From the NCBI GenBank assembly GCA_964245655.1, contig CAXTNL010000003.1, forward strand, positions 1 through 56,568: DNA of 56,568 nucleotides, written 5' to 3'. The DNA is from an uncultured Terriglobus sp. Its GTDB lineage: Bacteria > Acidobacteriota > Terriglobia > Terriglobales > Acidobacteriaceae. The position numbers were made by a program, and so were the translations under genes. Of the stretch, positions 1 to 8,743 are shown in pieces. Position 1 is the first letter of the stretch, and each line of letters begins with the position of its first letter. The notes under the pieces are model-generated. The model worked only from the letters and a program-made list of their open reading frames with translations. It was not told where the DNA came from and made no database searches.

Positions 1-178
1 GGAAGGTAGACTCCACTTCCTTAGCAGACAGCATGTGCACCTGCTGGCCTGCAGGTGCCTGGGCGTAAGGACTTGTGGCAAAAAGTAGTCCAAGGCAAAG
101 TATGAGGAGGCCGCAGCGCGCTGTGGCAAGCGCTCGTCCCCAGGCATGCTGTGGCAGTGCGAACATATAACGATTCAT
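1..178 (-). CDS. N-terminal part of a probable secreted protein, running off the left edge
   Basis: Not in the ORF track. Hand translation from the ATG at 178 gives MNRYMFALPQHAWGRALATARCGLLILCLGLLFATSPYAQAPAGQQVHMLSAKEVESTF, open to position 1. It has a hydrophobic core followed by AQA, like a signal peptide. Confidence 0.5.
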   Translation of the reverse strand, partial: MNRYMFALPQHAWGRALATARCGLLILCLGLLFATSPYAQAPAGQQVHMLSAKEVESTF

Positions 179-351
179 ATCACCGTAAGTGTACCGGCAG
201 AACGGACTGCAGGCGCCTGCACCGGTGCCGGACGCAGCGAGAGTCCGGGCTGCAGTAGGACAATCCAAGCCGCCAGCCCTCGTTCACTGGATGCCCGCCT
301 CTAATTGTCCTATCCTTGTAAGCGGAACGGGATATGTTCCAAAGGAGATGG

Positions 352-957
352 ATGCCGTCACTGGAAGTGAACCAACTGCTGCGCACCGCGTTTGATGCCT
401 GCGACAGCCGCAAAGCGGAGGACATTCGCATCCTCGCGCTTGACCCGTCGGAGAGCTCGTTAACCGACTACTTTCTGATCTGTAGCGGCACCAATGAACG
501 CCAGAACGTCGCCATCTCAGACGAAATCGAGTTCCGGCTAAAGAACGAATACGGCACCCTTCCTAACTCCGTGGAAGGCAGACGGCAAGGCGAATGGGTC
601 CTGATGGACTATGTCGACTTTGTCGTCCACATCTTCATGCCGGAAAAGCGGGAATACTACGGTCTTGAGCAACTACGTAAGTCGGCCACGAGCCTGTCGG
701 TCGTTGAATTGGACAACGGTATTAAGGCTGCTCTATTAGCACTCCGCAAGAAAAACCCTCCAAGACGGGATGGGATTGTGTCACCCACGTCTGAAGCTGC
801 ATCGCCCGAGCAACAGCCCGCGACTACCAAGCGGGCGTCGAGCAAAGCAATAGAACCTGCATCCCAGTCCGCGAAGAAAGCTGTTTCAGCGAAGAACGCT
901 TCTGTCGCCAAACGGGCCACCACAGCAGTCCGGAGGCGGAGTGGAAGAGACACTTAA
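352..957 (+). CDS. rsfS: Ribosome silencing factor (Iojap/RsfS) with a long basic C-terminal extension
   Basis: Motifs KAEDI, DYFLICSG, EGRRQGEWVLMDYVDFVVHIF, REYYGLE. AAGGAG at 342-347 precedes the ATG at 352. Confidence 0.93.
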   Translation: MPSLEVNQLLRTAFDACDSRKAEDIRILALDPSESSLTDYFLICSGTNERQNVAISDEIEFRLKNEYGTLPNSVEGRRQGEWVLMDYVDFVVHIFMPEKREYYGLEQLRKSATSLSVVELDNGIKAALLALRKKNPPRRDGIVSPTSEAASPEQQPATTKRASSKAIEPASQSAKKAVSAKNASVAKRATTAVRRRSGRDT

Positions 958-1003
958 GACGGTACTCTTTGGGAGTTCGTACCTCAAGGCGGCGTCGACA
1001 GCG

Positions 1004-1037
1004 AAAAAGGGCGAGAGTTTAATCTCTCGCCCTTTTT
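1004..1037. terminator. Bidirectional intrinsic terminator
   Basis: AAAAAGGGCGAGAG-tttaat-CTCTCGCCCTTTTT is a perfect 14-bp inverted repeat with A/T tracts, between convergent rsfS and the receptor gene. Confidence 0.9.
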
Positions 1038-1052
1038 GCTGGTTCTTACAGC

Positions 1053-4000
1053 CTAAAAGTTAAGTTTGAGTTTGAACTCGGTGGTCCGAGCAGCACCCAC
1101 GTTGTACGTTCCAGACCCGCGCTGCAGGCGATTCGCATTTAGATTGGGAAAATTATTCGGGCCCGTCAGGTACCCGCCTGTGGTGTTGTAGTTGCCGCCG
1201 GCGCTGGTTGTGTTTAGAAGTACGCCGGAATTATCGTTGCCGAAATTCGCGAAGTTGCCAACATTGTAAAAATCAATCTCCGGCTCAAGCGAAATACCCT
1301 CACGCAGACGGGCAAGCGGGACGAGATACGAGAAGCTTGCATCTACGGACCGAGTTGTGGGGTTCGGAAGTGCAATGTTTGAACTCGGCAACGCGATCGG
1401 TTGAATAACGGCTCCGATCGCATTCAATTGCGCGAATGTGAGGGTGCCGGCATTTACGACAGCCTGCCCGGCAGGTGTCAACTTACCCGCATAGGTCGCA
1501 TTGAAGTTGTTGATGTAGCCCGTCAAATCCTTTGCCTTTACGTCGTGCATGTAGCTGCCTGGCAAGGTTCCTGGGGCAAGATCGCCAATGGTGCCATCCC
1601 CCGTAATGTCCGAGGTAAAGATGCCTCCTGCCGCGACAGACCCGTCCAACGTGAGATTGGTGGGTGAAGCTGAGTAGAAGTGCCCGATGAGACCCACACG
1701 TGGACCATACTTTAACGTCATGGAGCCGCCAAAGTTTACCTCGTGCTTGTGGTCCAAACCATTGCGGCCCATGTACTGGTTTGGATTGTCGTAATCATAC
1801 GAGCCTGCTGCAAAGAACTGGTCGGAACCACCCCCGCTGGAACTCACGATGCGCGACAGGTTGTAAGACACCTGAATGTTGGCCTGCTGAATGCCAGGCG
1901 CAGGATGCGTGGCTACCTGACGTAGCACCACTTGCAAGGCGTCATATCCAGAGCGACCGATTGGTACCAAGAAGTTGCCGTTTCCGAGAAGTGGATTAGC
2001 CCCTGCGAATGCCACACCGGTGTTTACGCTGTACCCGTAAGCAGAATCAGGGAAACCGCCCAGCTTCTGACTGCCAGAATCTAACCGACCCGCTGCGAAC
2101 TGCGAAAGCTTGGCACCATTGCCGATTGCGCAGGCGGCCTGCGCCGAGGTGCCCGTGACACCGGCGCAGTTCGCGTATGCAGCAGCAGTACGCGCGACTG
2201 CATTTGCGCCGGCGGTAGCGTTGTAATACCGCGCCGCACCGATATGATTCTGGTCGATGAATTGGGAGATCTTGAGTGTGGAGTTGTGTACATAATCCGC
2301 ACTCAAGATGCCACCTTTGAAGACCTCGCGCTGAACGCCGAAGTTCCACTGTTCTGAGTAGGGGGCTTTGTACGTCGGTGCAAAGGCTCCCCCCGTGACA
2401 CCCGACCCACCATTTACTGCAAGCGTCTCTCCGTAATACGAACCATTCGGGCCGACTGCGTTAGCTGCTGTTACGGACTGGTACGACTTTTGCAGTGCGA
2501 GCAGGTTCGTTGAAGCCTGCCGCAGCGTCTGCCCGTTACACACGGTGTTCAGGTCGGTCCCATTAATGGAAGTTACGTCTGTACCATTAGGAAACTGCAC
2601 GTCGAAGGTCGCATAGCTGTTGCACAGGGCGGAATCATTGAAAAAGGCGCCCTGCTTGATGATGTTGGTGCGTGCGTTGGTTGTGTTATTGAACACATCG
2701 CCTTCAAAGAACATACCGATACCGGCGCGCAACACAGTTTTTCTATCCGGCAGAGCGTACACGACAGACACCTGAGGAGCGACATTGCCGTACGGCTGCC
2801 GTGCGTGGGTCTGGGTGAAGGCCGGATTCCAAAAGGAAAAGAGCGGCGTACTCGCAGGCGCAGTTCCGCACGGCGACGCCACGGCAGACGTATCGACATC
2901 ACCGCAGGTGGGCAGGGTTACATCTTGGTTAGCGCGGTCCGTATCGATGCTGTAGCGCAGACCGGCATTCAAGGTGAGATTTGGCGTAATTTTCCAGCTG
3001 TCCTGGAAATAGACGCCGGTACGCCAGTCGAATACGCCACCACCCTGTAAGCCAAAGCCCGGCTTTTCCGCAAAGAATCCCTGCCCATTGCCAAGGATGA
3101 CGCCCTGGGGGTGATAACCGTCGAGGGGATTGTTCGGGCATGCTGCGGCACCAACAATGCCGTTGCAGCCAAGTCCGTTCGGATTGTTCGCCGTGACCGT
3201 ACCAGTCAGCAGGCTCGAAGAACTGATACTGGTGCGCGGACTCAGACCGAAGAAGTTCGCGAACCCGCCACCCAAAATTCGATTAATTGCAAAACCGTAA
3301 CGTATGTTGTGCGCACCCTTGGTCCAACTGCCGTCATAGCGGAATTGCTTGTCCGATTGGAACGTCCCTTGCGGGGCGAGATAATTGGGTCCCGAGTAAA
3401 GGTGCTGAGCTGAGTAGTAAAAAGTGAAGCCGGGGATGCCGTTATAGATGCTCGCGTTATTGCTGGTGTCTGAGATGAGGTTGTGGAACTTTTCGTACGA
3501 TCCGCGGAAGGAGTGTGTAAAGCGTCCGGTCGCGAAGTCTGCGCCACCAGCAATACCGGGCGTGTTGTCACGGTTTGCGTACAGCCAATAGCCATCACCG
3601 AAGTTTGAGCTGACCGCATTTGCGTTGTAATTGGCTCGCACAAAATAGTGACCGCCAAACGGACCGTTGTAGTCGAGGCGAACGGCCGAATACGTTTCGC
3701 GATATGGAGTGGGGACCAGCGGATTAGTGGTCGCAATCGCGGTAAACAAGGTACCCAGGCCAGCAACTGCCGAACTGTCCTGTTTAATGCGCTCACTATT
3801 TGCAAAGAAGAAAAGTTTGTCCTTGATGATCGGACCGCCGACACTGCCGCCAAACTGGTTCCGCTGAAAGGGTGCGTCATACCCATTCTCTGCTCGCGCA
3901 AACAGCGCCCGGTGATCTTGAAACTGGCCAAAAAGCTGACCGTGAAAGCCGTTGGTGCCGGACCGGGTGGATACCAAGACCTGCCCCGTCGACGTCAGTT

Positions 4001-4715
4001 CACCGGAAACGTCCTGCGTTGAGCGATTCAGCTGGAACTCGTCGATCGATCCCTGCGAGACGTTAAAGATGGTGGTACCCACGGTTTCATCGGTGATGTC
4101 CTGCCCGTCCAGCAGGATGCGGGTGGTACGACCAGAGACGCCAGAAACGGAGATTGCTGAGTAGCCGGCCTTGGTGGGATCGAATGTTTCGCCAGACTGC
4201 AGGATGACGCCCGGTTCAATCTGCGCAAGATCGAGAAAGTTACGTCCATTGATAGGCAGAGTGTCGATCTGCTGCCGCGTGATTACGTCGGAGACGCTGC
4301 CCTGATCCGTGTTGAGCTGAACCTGACCGGCCACCACACTAATTTCGGTGCTGGATTGACCAACATTCAGCTTGAAGCTGCCTGGCGTCGAAGTGCCAGT
4401 ACGAATAACCGTCTGCACGGACAGGGACTGGAAGCCGGGAGAGGTGACTGTAACGGTATAGCTGCCGGGATTTAGTGGGCCGACCGAGTAGAAGCCGCTC
4501 TTGTCCGTCGTCAGGTCATGCCTGTACCCGGTTTCGGGACTGGTGATGCTAACGGCGGCACCGCTGACTTCCGCGCCCGACGGGTCAGTGATGGTGCCCT
4601 GAATGGAACCACCATTGACCGAAATCGCCTGCGCAAGCGCAAAGGGAGCGGTGAACGCTGACGGTGCAGCAACGGTAACAGCTGCAATGGCCAGTCGTAC
4701 GAAGCACTTGATCAT
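1053..4715 (-). CDS. Oar-like TonB-dependent receptor with N-terminal carboxypeptidase-regulatory-like domain
   Basis: Signal peptide, GSIQGTITDPSGA, LPINGRNFLDLAQIEPGV, RNQFGGSVGGPIIKDKLFFF, QDSWKITPNLTLNAGLRY, C-terminal KLNF. Confidence 0.9.
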   Translation of the reverse strand: MIKCFVRLAIAAVTVAAPSAFTAPFALAQAISVNGGSIQGTITDPSGAEVSGAAVSITSPETGYRHDLTTDKSGFYSVGPLNPGSYTVTVTSPGFQSLSVQTVIRTGTSTPGSFKLNVGQSSTEISVVAGQVQLNTDQGSVSDVITRQQIDTLPINGRNFLDLAQIEPGVILQSGETFDPTKAGYSAISVSGVSGRTTRILLDGQDITDETVGTTIFNVSQGSIDEFQLNRSTQDVSGELTSTGQVLVSTRSGTNGFHGQLFGQFQDHRALFARAENGYDAPFQRNQFGGSVGGPIIKDKLFFFANSERIKQDSSAVAGLGTLFTAIATTNPLVPTPYRETYSAVRLDYNGPFGGHYFVRANYNANAVSSNFGDGYWLYANRDNTPGIAGGADFATGRFTHSFRGSYEKFHNLISDTSNNASIYNGIPGFTFYYSAQHLYSGPNYLAPQGTFQSDKQFRYDGSWTKGAHNIRYGFAINRILGGGFANFFGLSPRTSISSSSLLTGTVTANNPNGLGCNGIVGAAACPNNPLDGYHPQGVILGNGQGFFAEKPGFGLQGGGVFDWRTGVYFQDSWKITPNLTLNAGLRYSIDTDRANQDVTLPTCGDVDTSAVASPCGTAPASTPLFSFWNPAFTQTHARQPYGNVAPQVSVVYALPDRKTVLRAGIGMFFEGDVFNNTTNARTNIIKQGAFFNDSALCNSYATFDVQFPNGTDVTSINGTDLNTVCNGQTLRQASTNLLALQKSYQSVTAANAVGPNGSYYGETLAVNGGSGVTGGAFAPTYKAPYSEQWNFGVQREVFKGGILSADYVHNSTLKISQFIDQNHIGAARYYNATAGANAVARTAAAYANCAGVTGTSAQAACAIGNGAKLSQFAAGRLDSGSQKLGGFPDSAYGYSVNTGVAFAGANPLLGNGNFLVPIGRSGYDALQVVLRQVATHPAPGIQQANIQVSYNLSRIVSSSGGGSDQFFAAGSYDYDNPNQYMGRNGLDHKHEVNFGGSMTLKYGPRVGLIGHFYSASPTNLTLDGSVAAGGIFTSDITGDGTIGDLAPGTLPGSYMHDVKAKDLTGYINNFNATYAGKLTPAGQAVVNAGTLTFAQLNAIGAVIQPIALPSSNIALPNPTTRSVDASFSYLVPLARLREGISLEPEIDFYNVGNFANFGNDNSGVLLNTTSAGGNYNTTGGYLTGPNNFPNLNANRLQRGSGTYNVGAARTTEFKLKLNF

Positions 4716-4931
4716 TTAGATCGTTCTCCAGGAGGAGTTGAGATGGCCTGGCAGAACTTGCGGCCGGCAAATAGGTTACTGCACGGCACATGCCAGACTT
4801 GGACAGCCTAGAATCAGCCTATCGGCGAGACTTTTCCGAGGGTTTAGGTGTTCGCGCTTCTGGGTACTTTTAATTTTTCATATTTTCACGTTGCGATCTC
4901 CACTTTTTGGCAACCGATTCGGCAAATATCT

Positions 4932-5387
4932 GTGCCTTACACGATTGTGGTCCTCACAGTTCGTCCAAGCGGCGCCCAGACTCGATCTGTGGAATCGCTG
5001 ATCGAACGCTACCTGGAACGTTCGAATCCGTTCTTTCAAGCAGAACTCAGACCGTTCCGTACGGCCCCGCTGCTGCTTGCATGGGCGGCAGAACGCCAGA
5101 AGCGAGACGCGGCCGCGTTTTGGCTTGCAGATCTGGGTGGCCTCTCCATCCATAGCGAGGCATTTGCGGAGCGCATACGGCAGGCGCGGGACGGTGGACA
5201 ACGATCGTTGCTGCTGGGGGTGGGGCCGGCGGATGGATGGGATGACCGTGCCCGTGCCCAGGCCGATTGCCGCTTCTCGCTGGGGCCGATGACCCTGCCG
5301 CACGAGCTCGCCACGCTGGTGCTGGCGGAGCAGGTGTACCGGGCCAGCACCATTCTGCAGGGACACCCATACCACCTGGGCCACTAG
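4932..5387 (+). CDS. rlmH: 23S rRNA (pseudouridine1915-N3)-methyltransferase
   Basis: SPOUT signature VGPADGW...SLGPMTLPHELATLVLAEQVYRASTILQGHPYH. The start is uncertain; GTG 4932 was chosen for typical length. Confidence 0.9.
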   Translation: MPYTIVVLTVRPSGAQTRSVESLIERYLERSNPFFQAELRPFRTAPLLLAWAAERQKRDAAAFWLADLGGLSIHSEAFAERIRQARDGGQRSLLLGVGPADGWDDRARAQADCRFSLGPMTLPHELATLVLAEQVYRASTILQGHPYHLGH

Positions 5388-5419
5388 AGGACGGCCCCCT
5401 GAGGTGCCATGCTAGTGAC

Positions 5420-5986
5420 ATGACTTTAGACGACACTGCCATAAGTACATCTGCCCCCCAGAGCCGGGGGCTGCTCCTGATTAACACTGGCCCGGGCAAG
5501 GGAAAGACCACCGCGGCCCTGGGTACCGCGATGCGGGCCGCGGGCAATGGCATGCGCGTGCTCGTGCTGCAGTTCTTAAAGGGCTCCTGGGACTACGGCG
5601 AGCTGCATGCGGCACAGCTGTTTGGCGGCGACCTCGTCATCCGGCAGATGGGTCGCGGCTTCGTGAAGGTGGGTGGTGCCGAGACCGACCCTGAGGACCA
5701 GCGTCTAGTAGACGAGGCCTGGACAGAGACTTGCCGCGCCATGCAGTCCGGCGAATGGGACATGCTGGTACTGGATGAGATCAACTACACCATTGGGTAC
5801 GGCATGTTGAACGCGGAGGCAGTCGCGGAGGCCTTGCGCACCCGGCCCCCGTTGCTGCACGTGATCCTGACGGGGCGCAACGCACACCCCTCCCTGGTGG
5901 AACTGGCAGATACTGTAACGGAGATGCGCGAGGTGAAACATGCCTACTCGCGCGGCATACTGGCACAGCGCGGCATTGAGTTCTGA
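5420..5986 (+). CDS. cobO: Cob(I)yrinic acid a,c-diamide adenosyltransferase (CobO/BtuR)
   Basis: TGPGKGKTTAALG P-loop, QFLKG, LVLDEIN, ILTGR, EVKHAY...AQRGIEF. Confidence 0.93.
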   Translation: MTLDDTAISTSAPQSRGLLLINTGPGKGKTTAALGTAMRAAGNGMRVLVLQFLKGSWDYGELHAAQLFGGDLVIRQMGRGFVKVGGAETDPEDQRLVDEAWTETCRAMQSGEWDMLVLDEINYTIGYGMLNAEAVAEALRTRPPLLHVILTGRNAHPSLVELADTVTEMREVKHAYSRGILAQRGIEF

Positions 5987-6004
5987 GGCGCTGAATCGCC
6001 ACTG

Positions 6005-6172
6005 TCAAGTCCACAGGACTGACAGACCAGCGGCCCGACCCTTCTCGGCAGCGGGGCGTTTCGGCTTCTTCATCTTCGCTCGATGGCAGATGGGGCAACG
6101 GAACTTGCGCTTGCCATGGTAGATGTGGCCGTTCAGCTCCACGATGGCCACACGGCACTGTTTACACGTCAT
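6005..6172 (-). CDS. Small basic zinc-ribbon protein (55 aa)
   Basis: Below the ORF-track cutoff. MTCKQCRVAIVELNGHIYHGKRKFRCPICHRAKMKKPKRPAAEKGRAAGLSVLWT has two CxxC pairs, and its ATG overlaps the end of the aminotransferase. Confidence 0.65.
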   Translation of the reverse strand: MTCKQCRVAIVELNGHIYHGKRKFRCPICHRAKMKKPKRPAAEKGRAAGLSVLWT

Positions 6173-7349
6173 AGGCGGCCACCATCTTGGAGTCGCTTAG
6201 GCTGTGCAGGCGGCGGCACGCTTCGTCTAATTCGCTCTCCTGCTTGCCAAAGCAGAAGCGCAGGAGGTTTTCGCCGCCGCCTTTGCGGAAGAACGCCGAT
6301 CCGGCGACTGCGGCCACGCCTGTGGTCCGCAGCAGGTTGCGAGCCTTTTCCGTGGCGGTGGCACCCGGCAGCGGTGTGCTGTCAGCGAGGATGTAGTACG
6401 CGCCGTCCGGCGTGTGCGGCGTGAGACCGGCGTCAGTCAGTGCGGCCAATGTCTGGTCGCGTTTGCTCAGGTGGCTGCGAATCAGATTGTCGTAAAAACT
6501 TTGCGGCAGCTGCTCCAGCCCCGCCGCGCAGCCGTGTTGGAAGGGCGCAGGTGCGCAGATGTAGTAGAGGTCGTGGAAGTAGCCGATGCTGGGCGTCCAG
6601 CGCGGGTCGGCGACCAGATAACCCACACGCCAGCCGGTAACGCTGTAGGTCTTTGAGAAGCCGGAGAATGTGACCGTCCGCTCGCGCATGCCGGGTAGCG
6701 ATGCCATGCTGAGGTGCTGGTGGCCGGGGTAGACGAAGTGTTCGTAGATTTCGTCGCAAAAGACGAACAGGTCGTGCTCCTGCGCGATCGCAGCGAGTGC
6801 CTCCAGCTCGAATCGCGTGAAGACCTTGCCGCTCGGATTGCCGGGCGTATTGATGACGATGGCTCGCGTCTTTGCCGTCACAGCTTGTCGGACCGCGTCT
6901 ATGTCCAGCGCCCAGCTGCCGTAGGCTAGCGGCACGATCACGGGCACGACGCCCATGCTGGCCAAGGTGCCTGCGTGATAGCCGTACATCGGCTCGAACA
7001 GGATGGCCTCGTCGCCCGGGTCAAGCAGCGCTTTCGCTGCCGCGTAGAACGCACCCGTTGCACCGCTGGTGACCAGCACCTCCCGTTCCGGATCGACGGA
7101 GTAGCCGCGGCGACGCTCCCAATCTGCCGCAACGGCCACGCGCAACCGCAGAATGCCGTCCAGGCGTGTGTAGATGTTCGCCCCTACGGCAATCGCGTCC
7201 TGTGCAGCTTGCAGTACCACGGCCGGCACTGGTGTGTCACAGATGCCCTGCGCCATGTTGATGGCGCCTGCCTCTTCGGCCAGCACGCTCATCGCACGAA
7301 TTTCGCTTTGCACGGCGCCGGGTGCCAGCGCGCTGAGGTGAAGCTTCAT
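6162..7349 (-). CDS. PLP-dependent class I/II aminotransferase
   Basis: INMAQG, VTSGATGA, NTPGNPSGKVF, DEIYEH, SGFSKTYSVTGWRVGY (PLP lysine), LRFCF. Confidence 0.92.
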   Translation of the reverse strand: MKLHLSALAPGAVQSEIRAMSVLAEEAGAINMAQGICDTPVPAVVLQAAQDAIAVGANIYTRLDGILRLRVAVAADWERRRGYSVDPEREVLVTSGATGAFYAAAKALLDPGDEAILFEPMYGYHAGTLASMGVVPVIVPLAYGSWALDIDAVRQAVTAKTRAIVINTPGNPSGKVFTRFELEALAAIAQEHDLFVFCDEIYEHFVYPGHQHLSMASLPGMRERTVTFSGFSKTYSVTGWRVGYLVADPRWTPSIGYFHDLYYICAPAPFQHGCAAGLEQLPQSFYDNLIRSHLSKRDQTLAALTDAGLTPHTPDGAYYILADSTPLPGATATEKARNLLRTTGVAAVAGSAFFRKGGGENLLRFCFGKQESELDEACRRLHSLSDSKMVAAYDV

Positions 7350-7461
7350 GCACAGCATCTTACCGGCCCGCGCACATGTCACACCTTTTTCATTGCTACA
7401 GGTGCCCTGCTGCCCTAAGCTGCTGTGCGAAGCACGTACTAATACGAGCCCCGGGGGAACC

Positions 7462-8553
7462 ATGAAGCGAATCATCTTGTGCGCAGACGGCACGTGGAAC
7501 ACGCCGCCGGGCGTTGACAGTAAGAGCGGTGGCACGAATGTCTGGAAGTTCTACTGTGCGATGCCCGACACCGAGGACCAGTTGAAGTTCTACGACAGCG
7601 GCGTGGGAACCGGCGGCACCCTACTTGAACACTTGACAGGCGGAGCGCTAGGCGAGGGTCTGTTTGATAAGGTGCAGGACTGCTACAGCTTTCTGTCGCA
7701 CGTGTATGACCCGGGCGACAGCATCTATCTCATCGGGTTCAGCCGTGGTGCGTACACGGCACGCAGCCTGGGCGGCATGATTGCGGCCCTTGGCGTACCC
7801 AGCAAGAACCTGTCCAACAGCACCACACCCGAAATCTTTGCGGCGTATCGCGAGCGCGACGAAACCAAACGCGAAGCCCTGAAGGCACACCTGAAGGAGA
7901 GCTATAGCCTGGAGGATGCGCACCTGGCCATGGTGGGCGTCTGGGACACGGTAGGTTCGCTGGGCATCCCGGGCGTGCTGTTTGAGGGCCTCATGGACAA
8001 GAAGTACGGCTTTTTGGATACAACGCTGAGTGACTGCGTCGATCACGCGTATCACGCCATTAGCATCGATGAGCGCCGCGCCAGCTTCCAGCCCACGTTG
8101 TGGACCTACCCGGACGGCAGATACCGCAAAAATGATGCACGGCTGGAACAGGTGTGGTTTCCCGGCGCGCACTGCGACGTGGGCGGCAGCTATCCAGACT
8201 CGCAACTGGCCGACATCACCCTGAGCTGGATGATGCAGAAGGCCAAGGCGCTGGGCGTGACGTTTCTGCCCGAAGCCGAGGCGAAGTATTTCCACCTGCC
8301 CGCAAGCGATGCCGCCGGCCCCAAGCATGAGGAGTGGAAGCTGACCTGGGGCATCCCCAAGCATCGCACCGTGCCGCCGACTGCGTACCTGGCCAGTAGC
8401 GTCTATGACCGCGCCCTGCTGACCGCCGAGCCACTCTACCGGCCTGACAACCTCAACTTTGCGTTTGACAAGCTGAACGGCTACCTGCGCTGCGAAGTGC
8501 TGCCCTACCAGGAGCCGAAATGGGCCGAGCAGTGGAACGAGGAGGCACCCTAA
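7462..8553 (+). CDS. DUF2235 alpha/beta hydrolase (Tle1-like phospholipase domain)
   Basis: MKRIILCADGTWN, YDSGVGT, GFSRGAYTAR nucleophile elbow, GVWDTV, HAISIDERR, WFPGAHCDVGG. Confidence 0.88.
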   Translation: MKRIILCADGTWNTPPGVDSKSGGTNVWKFYCAMPDTEDQLKFYDSGVGTGGTLLEHLTGGALGEGLFDKVQDCYSFLSHVYDPGDSIYLIGFSRGAYTARSLGGMIAALGVPSKNLSNSTTPEIFAAYRERDETKREALKAHLKESYSLEDAHLAMVGVWDTVGSLGIPGVLFEGLMDKKYGFLDTTLSDCVDHAYHAISIDERRASFQPTLWTYPDGRYRKNDARLEQVWFPGAHCDVGGSYPDSQLADITLSWMMQKAKALGVTFLPEAEAKYFHLPASDAAGPKHEEWKLTWGIPKHRTVPPTAYLASSVYDRALLTAEPLYRPDNLNFAFDKLNGYLRCEVLPYQEPKWAEQWNEEAP

Positions 8554-8600
8554 TGTTTTTGCGCCGAGGTGAACTGACGCAGAAGGAACTCACCGGAAGT

Positions 8601-8687
8601 GGGTGCCCCACGTCTCGCACCTGAGACGTGGGTTTGCGTGTCACGTTGGAGTTAAAGCACCATGTCTCTGCGAGACATGGTGCGCCC
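8601..8687. repeat. Inverted pair of REP-like palindromes (BIME-like)
   Basis: 8601-8635 reads GGGTGC-CCCACGTCTC-gcacct-GAGACGTGGG-TTT. 8654-8687 on the minus strand reads GGGC-GCACCATGTCTC-gca-GAGACATGGTGC-TTT. Both lie between convergent genes. Confidence 0.75.
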
Positions 8688-8743
8688 GCCCTTCCATAGA
8701 GCTCCCAAGCAACTTTCAGGCTTGCGCCGTTCGCGTTGTGCTC

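Noticed and set aside
5420-5986. cobO as evidence of a cobalamin biosynthesis cluster or riboswitch
   Set aside because: No other cob genes or riboswitch-like leader; stand-alone adenosyltransferases for salvage are common.
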